NCBI GenBank assembly: GCA_951406725.2
Contig: OX597833.1
Coordinates: 46,810,001-46,874,000 of the forward strand
Source of the DNA: Octopus vulgaris
Taxonomy: Eukaryota
Reading direction: 5' to 3'
Length of the DNA: 64,000 nucleotides
Positions within the stretch are counted from its first letter, which is position 1; each line of letters opens with the position of its first letter. Shown one piece after another: positions 11,228 to 22,929 of the stretch. A program made the translations under genes and the position numbers. Below the pieces are notes generated by a model, which searched no databases, had not been told where the DNA came from, and worked only from the letters and a program-made list of their open reading frames with translations.

Positions 11228-11599
11228 CATACATTTGTCTACCGTTTAAATGTTTTGAACTTATAACCACCAATCTGCTTTGCTTTCCTTTTCTTTCTAC
11301 ATGCCACCTAAAAACATCGCCATTCCCGCCCGTTTCTCTAAAAGTTCAACCTTCGCATATTCCCTTTAATTCGATCTCCACCATTCACTATCATTTCTTC
11401 CCCTGGCTTACAGCGATGTCCATAAGCAAGCTAAGATTTCTCCCTTCTTTTTTCATACATACATACATTTGTCTACCGTTTAAATGTTTTGAACTTATAA
11501 CCACCAATCTGCTTTGCTTTCCTTTTCTTTCTACATGCCACCCTAAAAACATCGCCATTCCCGCCCGTTTCTCTAAAAGTTCAACCTTCGCATATTCCC
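11226..11599. repeat. Direct duplication of ~138 bp (11226-11363 and ~11457-11599)
   Basis: atacatacatttgtctaccg...ttcgcatattccc occurs twice, differing by about one indel. Confidence 0.9.
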
Positions 11600-11856
11600 G
11601 GTGCACCCGCCCTTGCCCACCCCCACCACCAATACCGGATATCTCTATATTTTTGTTCCATCTATACCGGATGTCGCTTCTTCCACCACCATTATAGGTG
11701 TCTACTCTTCGAACCCCCCTCTTCAACACGCTATTTCACCATGCATTACCCCTCTCTTGATATCCTACGTTCTACTTGCCTAGAACCTGTCATCATTTCT
11801 CTGAACCACCCCTCCCCACTGGTGCTCCCCTATATATTTCTGCACCCCCCCCCCAC

Positions 11857-12093
11857 ATAAAAAGCACCATCCAAACGTGGCCGATGCCAGACCCCTCTGG
11901 CACCTGTGCAGGTGGCATGTAAAAAACACCCACTACACTCGCGGAGTGGTTGGCGTTAGGAAGGGCATCCAGCTGTAGAAACACTGCCAGACTAGACTGG
12001 AGCCTGGGGCAGTCCCGAGCTCCCCAGACCCCGGTCGAAACCGTCCAACCCGTGCTAGCGCGGAAAACGGACGTTAAATGATGATGATGATGA

Positions 12094-12096
<3 letters not shown>
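11857..12096 (+). mobile_element. Family C retroposon
   Basis: gtggttggcgttaggaagggcatccagctgtagaaa body and ggacgttaaatgatgatgat tail. Confidence 0.85.
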
Positions 12097-12126
<30 letters not shown>

Positions 12127-12129
<3 letters not shown>

Positions 12130-12535
12130 TCTTTACTCTTTTACTTGTTTCAGTCATTTGACTGCGGCCAGGCTGGAGCACCACCTTTAGTCGAGCAAAT
12201 CGACCCCGGGACTTATTCTTTGTAATCCCAGTACTTATTCTATCGGTCTCTTTTGCCAAACTGCTAAGTGACGGGGACGTAAACACACCAGCATCGGTTG
12301 TCAAGCAACGCTAGGGGGACAAACACAGACACACAAACATACACACACACATATATATATATATACATATATACGACGGGCTTCTTTCAGTTTCCGTCTA
12401 CCAAATCCACTCACAAGGCTTTGGTCGGCCCGAGGCTATAGTAGAAGACACTTGCCCAAGATGCCATGCAGTGGGACTGAACCCAGAACCATGTGGTTGG
12501 TAAGCAAGCTACTTACCACACAGCCACTCCTGCGC
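12127..12535 (-). mobile_element. SINE family A, full length
   Basis: Reverse complement of 8808-9214. Confidence 0.92.
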
Positions 12536-12934
12536 TTATATATATATATATATATATCACAGATGTTCAAAGGACTGGACATTTTCTTTCTCTCTCTTCT
12601 ATCTTTTCTCTTTTCAAAGAAACTATATTTCCCAGCATTCACTATTTTCCTTTTGTTCTGGTCTAATGACACTCCATGTTTGTTTTTGTTCGGTTTCTTG
12701 TATGTCTCCACTTTTCTGTTTTTGTTCCCGACTTGGACCCTCCATAAATCCTAAATCTTATTTTAGAATTCATGGGAGTCTATGAAGACTCATTGTTGGT
12801 GAATGGTCGAAACGAGGAATGGATAGACAGCTGACAACTGATGAAGGGTCATTTTCTGTTTCTACTTGTCCTGTTTTCCATTTTATTCCTTTGTTGTTTG
12901 CGTATTTAACTTGCTTGTTTTTGTACAGTTTACA

Positions 12935-13111
12935 GAAAACAAAAGGAAGATAGGTGAAGGAACAACAAACAGGTGTATTAGTTTAATGCTTGTGAAGAAT
13001 GGAAAAGTCTTCGATGCTTCAAGTCTATGCTCTTCAACAGAGAGGATTGAGAGGGAAAAACTCAGAGAGAGAGAGTAAAATGTGTGGGTATTATTGGTTC
13101 ACATGATGAAA

Positions 13112-13145
<34 letters not shown>

Positions 13146-13161
13146 TATGTATGTATGTATG

Positions 13162-13211
<50 letters not shown>

Positions 13212-13380
13212 GCCACTACACATTTTTATTTTCTCTCCTTGTTTCTTTCTGTGTTCCTTTCTGTAGAAGAGCGAAGGCTCGAAACGTTAAAGACTTTTTC
13301 TCTTCCCGAGCGTTATACTAATACATCTGTTTGTTGTCTACACCACCTGTCTTCATCTTTCTTTTTTTTGTGAATTCTCC

Positions 13381-13385
<5 letters not shown>
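12935..13385. mobile_element. Diverged inverted pair of hammerhead-bearing Penelope-like fragments around a (TG)n(TA)n tract
   Basis: 12950-13060 (-) and 13225-13365 (+) are homologous in opposite orientation (acaacaaacaggtgtattag versus ctaatacatctgtttgttgt). Confidence 0.65.
13257..13292 (+). ncRNA. Minimal hammerhead ribozyme motif, A6U core variant
   Basis: CUUU-CUGUAGA-a-GAGC(gaag)GCUC-GAAAC-GUU-AAAG. Stem III is the loopless palindrome ACGU. Confidence 0.58.
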
Positions 13386-13432
<47 letters not shown>

Positions 13433-14403
13433 TCACATATTACATACACAGCAAGAGAATTATTAACATACACACAATACAAACACAAAAACACACATAC
13501 ACGCATATATATTCCCCTGGTTGTTTTCAGTTCAGTTCATATTTTTATAATCATCACGCTTCCAACTTCATAAGATGAAAGAGAATTTTACAATAAACAT
13601 TTTATCAATTTATAGTTTAGTAGATAAAAAAAAAAAAAATGACCCTATTTACATAAAGTATGAAATAGAAAGAAATATTTATTTAATGGATAAATTCTGT
13701 GGTATGTATTTAATAATTCAAATGTCTGTTTGTTTGTTTTTTTAACCAACATTTAATTTCTTTTTAATTTACCCATCAATTTGTATGAACAGACGGAGAG
13801 AGCTAGCATTACAACTAATATCTGGCACTGTCATTAATCAATATTTTATTTACCCCACACAAACAAATGTGATAAATAGTCAATTGCTTGACTTTTCTTA
13901 CTCAGAGGTGTCTGTCAATGAATGATTAGTCGCTCTCGCGTCTTCTTGAGAGAAGAAAATGGCAAGTTGTCATGTCATATACGTCTTTCTCATGTGGTAC
14001 AAGAGGAAATTAAAAATAGACCACGACCAAGATTCAATCCAAGACGTAGACAAATGCTATAGTGCTTGACATTCTTTGTACTGCCTTTGTTTATATTAAT
14101 AGGCACTGGTTCGGCTGTGTGGTTAAAGAGCTTGCTTCCCAACTGTATGGTTTCAGGTTCAATTCCCACAGTACAGCAATTGGGCAAGTGTTTTTCCGAC
14201 CAAGGGTCAACCAAACCCTTGTGCGTGCATTAAAACAACCCACAGTACATGAGTATCTTTTATCTTGTACTTGTTTCAGTCACTAGACTGCGGTCATGCT
14301 GGGGCACCACCTTGAATGGTTTAGCGAAGTTTCTTTTGCTGAACTGCTGAGTTATAAGGACATAAAGAAACCAACACTGATGGTTGAGCAGTGGTAGGGA
14401 GAT

Positions 14404-14438
<35 letters not shown>

Positions 14439-14603
14439 GAGCTTCCACACAATTTCCATCCACTAAATCCACTCAAAAGACATTGGTAAGCCCAGGGCTA
14501 TAATAGAATACACAAAGTGCCATACAGTGGGAGTGAACCTGAAACCACATTGTTGTAAAGTGAGCTTGTTAACCATGCAGCCATGGCTGTGCCCATCAGT
14601 ACA

Positions 14604-15018
14604 TCTATATATATAAAACTCTAGTTGTGTGAGTGTCTGTCCCCTTCGATTTAGATTCCTAACTCCTCCCACATTTTGCGGTGCAGTTTAACCAAATTCG
14701 GGTATCTTATAGTCGTGATTCATATCGAGCCCGTCTGGCTATTAGCGCACATCAACGATGAGTCTACGATTTTAAAAATAATTTAACATCATTTTTTATT
14801 CCATTTTAATGCATAATCTTTTGTGTGTCGATGGCGGCGGAGTTGGCGTCCACGCTCACAGCTGCACCTGTTTGCTTCTCCCCCTTCCCTCTCTCGTGAA
14901 GCTGTGGGGAAATGGCTAAGAAATCCCGAATTGGCATCTATAAGGGAAGTAACTCTCTAAAAATGCTTATATAGTTATTTCCCTTACAAACCCGAGCAAC
15001 GCCGGGCGATACTGCTAG
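14604..15018 (+). mobile_element. Non-autonomous Helitron (415 bp)
   Basis: A|TCtatatatataaaa 5' end, subterminal GC hairpin cccgagcaacgccggg (14991-15006), 3' CTAG|T. Inserted between A and T with no TSD. Confidence 0.9.
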
Positions 15019-15134
15019 TTCTTTTATAAAAAGGCTCAGTTTGAGCTCTGAATGTAAAGGGCTGAAACAAAGAAAGCAAGCCATTTCGTTTGATGTTCTA
15101 ATATTACCATATCAACAACAACAACGAGGAGGAT

Positions 15135-15310
15135 TTCATTTATTTGCCACAAGGGCAAAGGATGAAGGGAACAATACAGAGACAGACATAAAGTGTGGTG
15201 TTTTACATATAATAACGAAATGATAAAAAAATGAATAAAAATAAATAAAATAAAAAATAAAGTATATACAGTATACACTTGAAAAAAAGGGGACATATGC
15301 ATAGCATACA
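15135..15310 (-). mobile_element. 3' tail fragment of an L1/Tx1-like LINE
   Basis: Minus strand ends ttgttcccttcatcctttgcccttgtggcaaataaatgaa, similar to the tail of 53103-53535. Confidence 0.5.
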
Positions 15311-15399
15311 AAGGTGAAGAAGAAGAAGAAGAAGAAGAAGAAGAAGAAGAAGAAGAAGAAGAAGAAGAAGAAGGAGGAGGAGGAGGAGGAGGATAATAA

Positions 15400-16332
15400 T
15401 AATGGTTTCAAATTTTGGCACAGGGCCAGAAGCTTTTGAAGGAAAAGAGAAGTCAATTACATCAACCCCAGTACTCAACTGGTACTTATTTTATCAGTCC
15501 TGAAGGGATGAAGGGCAAAGTCAACCTTGGCAGAATTTGAATTCAGAACGTAAAGACAAACTGTTCCTAAGTATTTTGTCTGGCATGTTAATGATTCTGT
15601 CTGCTCACACTGCCTTAACAACAATAATAATAAGCCCTTTTTACTATAGGCACAAGACCTGTAATTTAGGGGAGGTGGCAAGTCAATTACATTGTCCCAA
15701 GTGCCCAACTGGTACTTATTTCATTGACCCCACCAAAAAAAGATGAAAGGCAAAGTTGACCTCGGTGGAATCTGACCTCAGAAAGTAAAGGGGTCTGGGA
15801 TGCTAATAACTTTGCTAGCTTGCTGCCTTAACAACAACAACAATAATAATAATAATAACAGTAATAATAATGGTAATAATAATAATAATCCTTTCTACTA
15901 CAGGCACAAGGCCTAAATTTTGTGGAGATGGGGATAGGCGATTACACCGACCCCAGTGCTCCACTGGTACTTATTTAATCAACCCTGAAAGGATAAAAGG
16001 CAAAGTCGACCTTAGCAGAATCTGAACTCAGAATGCAAAGACAGACAAAATACAGCTAAGCATTTTGCCTAGTGTACTAACAATTCTGCCAGCTTTCCAC
16101 CATAATAATAATAATAATAATAATCCTTTCTACTGTAGGCACAAGACCTGGAATTTTCAGGAAGGGAACTAGGTGATTATATCGACCCAGTGTTACACTG
16201 GTACTTAATTTACTGACCCTGAAAGGATGAAAGGCAAAGTTAATCTAAGCAGAATTTGACCTCAGAACGTAGCGACAGGCAAAATACTGCTAAACATTTC
16301 ATCCAGCATGCTAGTGACTTCGCCGGCTTGCC

Positions 16333-16375
<43 letters not shown>

Positions 16376-16612
16376 TGATGATAATAATAATAATAATAAT
16401 CTTTTCTACCCTAGGCACAAGGCACAAAATTTTGGGGGAGAGGGCCAGTCGATTAGATTGACCCCAGTACGCAAATGGTACTTAATTTAGCAACCCCAAA
16501 AGGATGAAAGGCAAAGTCGACCTCAGCGGAATTTGAACTCAGAATGTAGCGGCAGACAAAATACCGCAAAGCATTTCGCCCGGCATGCTAACGCTTCTGC
16601 CAGCTCACCGCC
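15400..16612 (-). mobile_element. Head-to-tail cluster of five SINE-B copies separated by (AAT)n
   Basis: Units at about 15400-15620, 15635-15830, 15890-16100, 16125-16335 and 16400-16612, each with gaaaggatgaaaggcaaagtc...gaatttgaactcagaa. The copies are mutually divergent. Confidence 0.88.
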
Positions 16613-16641
16613 TAATAATAATAATAATAATAATAACAATA

Positions 16642-16672
<31 letters not shown>

Positions 16673-17129
16673 TGATAATAGTAATAATAAGCTGCTGAAC
16701 AAAGAAATACACAACAGAAGACACCAGATAAAAAACTAACTTTAGTTTGTAAGAAAGAATGTTCCCTCATTAAAAGAAGAAAAGAAAAAAACAACAACAG
16801 AAACAACAAAGGCAATAAAATACATACAACATATTGGTACAGTATCCATCCTTCCACAGTCCACAATAGAAATACCAATTAACTGCAAAAAAAAAAAAAA
16901 AAAAAAAAAAAGTGAAAATATATATACACACATTATGAATATGTATTAAGCATCTCTACAAATGCATATACATGTTTCTGTGAGTATTTATGTATTTTAT
17001 ATATTCGTGTTAAAGTGTATAAGTATGTGGTACGGATTTTGCGTACATGTATCTTTAATGCTTGCGTAATTATGAACATGTGCGTTTATTTTCTTATGCC
17101 TGTGTGTGTATATTCTCTTCCCACCACTC

Positions 17130-17184
<55 letters not shown>

Positions 17185-17605
17185 TACATGTGCTTATCTC
17201 TCACCTGTTTAATCTTACTATACCTGACTGCAGCTAAATACTAGATTAAGAGCTCTAGCAGTTTACAGAGATGCTTATATGGTCTAACACTGTACAAGCA
17301 TATATATACATACATACATACACACACACACATATTTATATATATGATACACCTATAGGGAAAACCCGCTTATTATAATCACAGATAATGTTATCAACCT
17401 GTTATCAAAAATACTTTGCCCCAAAGTAATCACAATATGTTGCATGCACACATAAATAAATATCACCATTCATCATCACCTTTTAACATCTACTTTCCAT
17501 GCTAGCATGGGTTAGATGGTTTGACAGAAGCTAGCAAGCCAGAGAACTGGCAAGCCAGAGGACTGTACCAAGCTCTTATATCTGCTTTGCATGGTTTCTA
17601 TATCA

Positions 17606-17810
17606 AGGCAGCAAGCTGGCAGAATCGTTAGCACGCCGGGCGAAATGCTTAGCGGTATTTCATCTGACATTACGTTCTGAGTTCAAATTCTACTGAGGTT
17701 GACTTTGCCTTTCATCCTTTTGGGGTCGATAGAATTAGTACCAGTTATGCACTGGGGTCAATATAATCAACTTAATCCCTTTGCCTGTCCTTGTTTGACC
17801 CCTCTAGTTT
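17606..17810 (+). mobile_element. SINE family B
   Basis: Matches 4890-5100. Confidence 0.88.
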
Positions 17811-19438
17811 TAAAAGAAAAAGTTATGAGTGTTTGTTTCTCAAATTTGAGGGTGATAATATAGTTCTATACTTTTTTTATGAATATAGTTCTATAAGGAA
17901 CTTTTAATATCTCACTGGCATCATTGAGGTAAGGAAAAAAATTATCAACAACACCGCTATTTGACACATCATTAATTAGCATAATAGCATAGCCTGGAAA
18001 AAACATGGATTACATGGTAAAATGCAAGCAAGAGAAATAATATTCTTAAGATTATAAACCTGGCCAACCAAAGCCTCGTGAGTAAATTTGAAAGATGAAA
18101 ATTGAAAGAAGCTTCTCTGTGTGTGCACACATGTGTGTATCTGTGTGTATGTTATTGTCTCTGTCATACAAGTGGGTGTCCATTTCCAATCTTCTGTGAA
18201 AACATGTCTGGTCATTTGGAAATAAGTGAAAGGTGACGACAGGAAGAGCATTCTGCTATAGAAAACCTGGCTCAACAAATTCCATCTGACCCGTGTAAGC
18301 ATAAAATATTTGGCATTAAAATGATAAAGATTACGATGATGAAACAAGTATGGCCAGATTTTTTTTTTTTCTTATGTTGTGTGTGCCAAAAGACAAATGT
18401 CCATAATGAGCAGCAAGATACTGTGAGATATGTAAGTCTAACCCATGCTAGCATGGAATAGTAGGATAACAACAGCAATGATGAGGATGATGATAATGAT
18501 GATGACGATGGTGTACAAACGCATTCTTTTAACTTGATAAGTTATCTATATTCTTTTTCTCAGAACATGTCTCAGATTTCTAGATTATTTTTTCTTATCT
18601 TGGGTGTGTTTTCTGGCCCAGCTGAGAGAAAGAGAGTGAGTGAGAGAGATAGAAAGATAGACAGACAGACAGACAACAAGACGAATGCATAAACAAAAGC
18701 AAAGAATCCTACTTAATGCATATCGCTCCACAGCTTAAATATTTGTATTAACAACTTAACTTAGGATTACATTACTTCAAGTTTCACAGATGTAAATAAT
18801 GATTTTTTTTTAAATCCAAGAAAAAGGGGAAAAAATGAAAGGATAAATGGATGAATACAGAGAAGAGATAACAAAGAGAATGATGGAAAAAGGAGAGAAA
18901 ATAGACAGAGAAGCAGAGAGAGAAAGACATAGAGGGATTTATAAGAAATCGCAAATAATGAAATTTCCAGAGTTCCTAAAGAGCCTCTAAGAAAACTGAA
19001 TTCTATTGGTTTCCCTCACTGCTAAGAGTTCAACATTTTATAATTCTACATTAGAACGGACAGCACAATGAGCCCAGAGTGACTATGGCTAATCAACATA
19101 ACAGCTGAGTAACAGACACGTATGTATTGGCGATGGGGAGCACATGGCATAATGGTTAGGGCGTTGCACTCATGACCGTGAGATCATAGTTTCAGTTCCT
19201 GGACCAGGTGACGTTATTGTGTTCTTGAGCAATACACTCTGTCCCACGTTGCTCTGCAATCAGGTTGACACCTGACGCATGGTATACTGTTCACTTGTTC
19301 AGGTAATGTCGATTTGATGGGGGGGGTGAGCTAACATAACAAGCACATATTTTTTGATTACTATTAACGAATCTTTCTTACAGGTTGTTCAGCAAGAAAT
19401 TGCTAAACTGTCTTTCTCAGACTATGAGTAACTACTAT

Positions 19439-19472
<34 letters not shown>

Positions 19473-19699
19473 ATATAGCCACAGGTCAGTTCATTCAGAG
19501 CTGACCAATATCTTTTTTGGTGGGGTGAGAGAAAGGTGTTGATAGGGAAGAACCTAGCACAATATTATCTAATGAGCTTTCTTATTTGTTTTTTATTTCT
19601 AAATAGTACGGCATAATTCGAGGTAGATTTGACTGCAATTTCTAGCAGATCAAGGACCGTGTAAAAACTCCCTGATTTGCTCATCATATACAAAATCTA

Positions 19700-20170
19700 T
19701 GTAGGTGTATGATTATGTTTATGTGTGTATGGGTGTTTCTGAGTGTGTATGTATATGGATGTCTGTGTATGTATGTTAGGGTGCGTATGTATGTATGGGT
19801 ATGTATGTGTGTTTGTATGTGTGCATATTGTGTATGGGTGTGTCTGAGTGTATGTGTATATGGATGTATGTGTGTGTATGGGTGTGTGTATGTATGTATG
19901 TGTGTCTCTGTTTTTGTTTGTATGTATACAGGTGTGTGTATGTATGGGTGTCTATGTGTTTTTGTTTGTATGTGTGTACGTATGCATATATGTGTATGGG
20001 TGTTAGTGAGTGTATGTGTATATAGATGTGTGTATGTATGTTTGAGTGTATGATTGTGTGTATGTATGTAAAGGTGTGTATGTGTGTTTGTATGTGTGCA
20101 TGGGTGTGTATATGTATGTGTGCATGTGTATGGGTGTGTGTATGTATACATGTATGGGTATATGTACGCG
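19700..20170. repeat. Degenerate (TG)/(TATG) low-complexity tract
   Basis: Direct inspection. Confidence 0.9.
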
Positions 20171-20864
20171 TATGAGGGGGGGAAGGTTCGTGTTATATGT
20201 CTGTAACAGACTGACCAAACTTATAAACTTATAAAGACATTCTTTGTGTCCTCTTTCAGCAATTAAACAGCACAAAAAAAAACATAACAATAGACCTCTA
20301 TTTAACAGAATTAACTAACACAAAATTATTTTATTAGAACCCCCCCCCCCCAAAAAAAAAATCTGTAAATGTTGCTGGAATAATATACCAACATCCTTTT
20401 AACCGTTCGTTACACTCCACACCCTGACCAACATACACTATAATTCTGTCAAAAAAAAAATAGAGATGTGTCGTAATGGATAAAAAAAAGAAAAAAAATT
20501 ATTAAAGCAAATATAGCAAAAATAATTTCTTTTTTTCAAACTAGACAATTATTGTTGTTTACAAATGTTTATTTAATGCTTCTGGTGCAAAACAAGCTAA
20601 AGAATTCTGAACAACAACTCTAGCTGTCTACCATACAGAATCAGTCACATACGTGGTCTCACATACTCTTAACACTTAGCATAGAAAGCAGCATTAGGAC
20701 AACAAGCTGACAGAATCATTAGCACGTCGGTAAAATGCTTAGTGGCATTTCATCTGTCTTTACGCTCTGAGTTCAAATTCTGCCAAGGCCGACTTTGCCT
20801 TTTATCCTGGGGGGGGGGGGAGATCGATAAAATAAGTACCAGTTGAGCACTCTCTCTCTCTCTG

Positions 20865-21273
20865 TCACTCTTTACTCTTACTTGTTTCAGTCATTTGACT
20901 GCGGCCATGCTAGAGCACCGCCTTTAATCGAGCAACTCGACCCCCGGGACTTATTCTTTGTAAGCCCAGTACTTATTCTATTGGTCTCTTTTGCCGAACC
21001 GCTAAGTAACAGGGACATAAACACACCAGCATCGGTTGTCAAGCAATGCTAGGGGGATAAAACACAGACACACAAACACACACACATATATATATATATA
21101 CATATATATGACGGGCTTCTTTCAGTTTCCGTCTACCAAATCCACTCACAAGGCTTTGGTCGGCCCAAGGTTATAGTAGAAGACACTTGTCCAAGGTGCC
21201 ACGCAGTGGGACTGAACCCGGAACCATGTGGCTGGTAAACAAGCTACTTACAACACAGCCACTCCTGCGCCTA
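20865..21273 (-). mobile_element. SINE family A, full length
   Basis: Reverse complement of 8808-9214. Confidence 0.92.
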
Positions 21274-21498
21274 TGATCGGTGAAATTGACTTTCCCCCTC
21301 CCCCAAACTTGTGCCAAAATTCTAAACCAATATCAGAAGCAGGGTTATGGTGGTGAGCTGGTAGAATCATTAGCAAGTTGGACAAAGTATTTCGTAGCAT
21401 TTCTTCTGGCGCTTTACATTCTGGGTTAAAATTCTAAAAAAGTCAAGTTTGCCTTTTTATCTTTCTGGTGTCAATAAAACAAATCACAGTTGAACACT

Positions 21499-22004
21499 TG
21501 TAATGGGATCTCAAGGTTTACGATATCGGGAGAATATCGCCTTCTTCCATTATCTCTTTTTGTTCTTCGTGTTGATCAGGCTCCGGCAGGTGAAGAGAGA
21601 AGACTTCAAGTAAATAAATTCAATTTCCAACTGGTTTATTTACAGGTTTCACAGGATAGGTGAAGTGTACTGCTCTCAGTAACCATCTTTAGCTGTGTGC
21701 ATTGTGTAGTAGCTCCGTTAGTGCAGGCACATTGCCTCTGCAGGTATAGACAGGCCCTTACAGGCAGGCCCAGCCAATGGAATGCAATCAGCAAGCGCTG
21801 CTGCTAAGAGGTGGAAAGAGGGGCGGCAAAAGAGAGCAAGAATCTCAATCTGTTTTGCCCTTATATACAGTTTGCCATCGCGAGCCTCGTTGTGATCTCG
21901 CGCATGGCAAATGGATGCAGGTGAGGTCCTGCTCCAGTCTTGGAGATGGCAATGGCTACCACGAGATCTCATCCAATATGGCACTGACTGCTTGTGCCGC
22001 TACA
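21499..22004 (-). mobile_element. Solo LTR (506 bp), probably Ty3/Gypsy, inserted in a SINE-B copy
   Basis: TGTA...TACA termini and a 4-bp TSD CACT (21495-21498 and 22005-22008). On the minus strand a TATA box (tgtatataagggc, ~21858-21870) lies upstream of AATAAA (~21635-21640). Removing it rejoins a SINE-B sequence. Confidence 0.85.
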
Positions 22005-22874
22005 CACTGCTATCAATGTAACTGACTTGCACCCTGCCAACAGCTCCCACCTCCCTTAAAATTGTAGGTCTTGTGCCAAAATTTGGAACCAAATTGCAAG
22101 TAGGGTTGCTTTTTTATTTATTTTTATTCTTATCTTTCAGTCATCTGTTTCTGACACTGCCATGGGTTGGATGGTTTGACAGGAGATGACAAACCAGAGG
22201 ACTACACCAACTTCTACTGTCTGCTTTGCCATGGTTTCTACAGCAGAATGCCCCTTCTTAATGCCAACCACTTTATAAAGTGTACTGAATCCTGAGTGAT
22301 TATTTTAGCATTGTGCAGTGCAACAAGTATTAATTGTCTATTTTTGAGGGAAATTTTGTATAGTAGATATATATATTGTTTACTAATGCTTTTCTCTTTA
22401 GTTTTTATTTTGTGTTATGTGGTTGTAGTATACTGTAATTGCTCTGAGTTGTGTAAGTGCATAAATACTTCTAAGATATCAAAGATATTTGGTTACAAAA
22501 TACATAACAGCGTAAAATCAGAATTTGGCATCAGAAATGAGGGAGAAATAGAAACATGCCAACCTGAAATAACACAGAAACACAAAGATATACACAGATA
22601 TAAATATACAAATATATATGCATACAAACGGACAGGTATGTACACATATATGTATACCAAGAGATTTATAAATAAAAGACAAAACAAAAACATAAAGACT
22701 AGAAGTAAAAAAAAAAGGAAAACATAGGCCAAATAATTCCAAAACATTGTATAGATGGTGTATATATTATATAAATTACTATACAAACCTGTTCTTTCAA
22801 ACACACTATCAACATACATTCTCTCACACATATACAAATATATATGTATATATCTCTTACTAACAAGAACTAAC

Positions 22875-22929
<55 letters not shown>

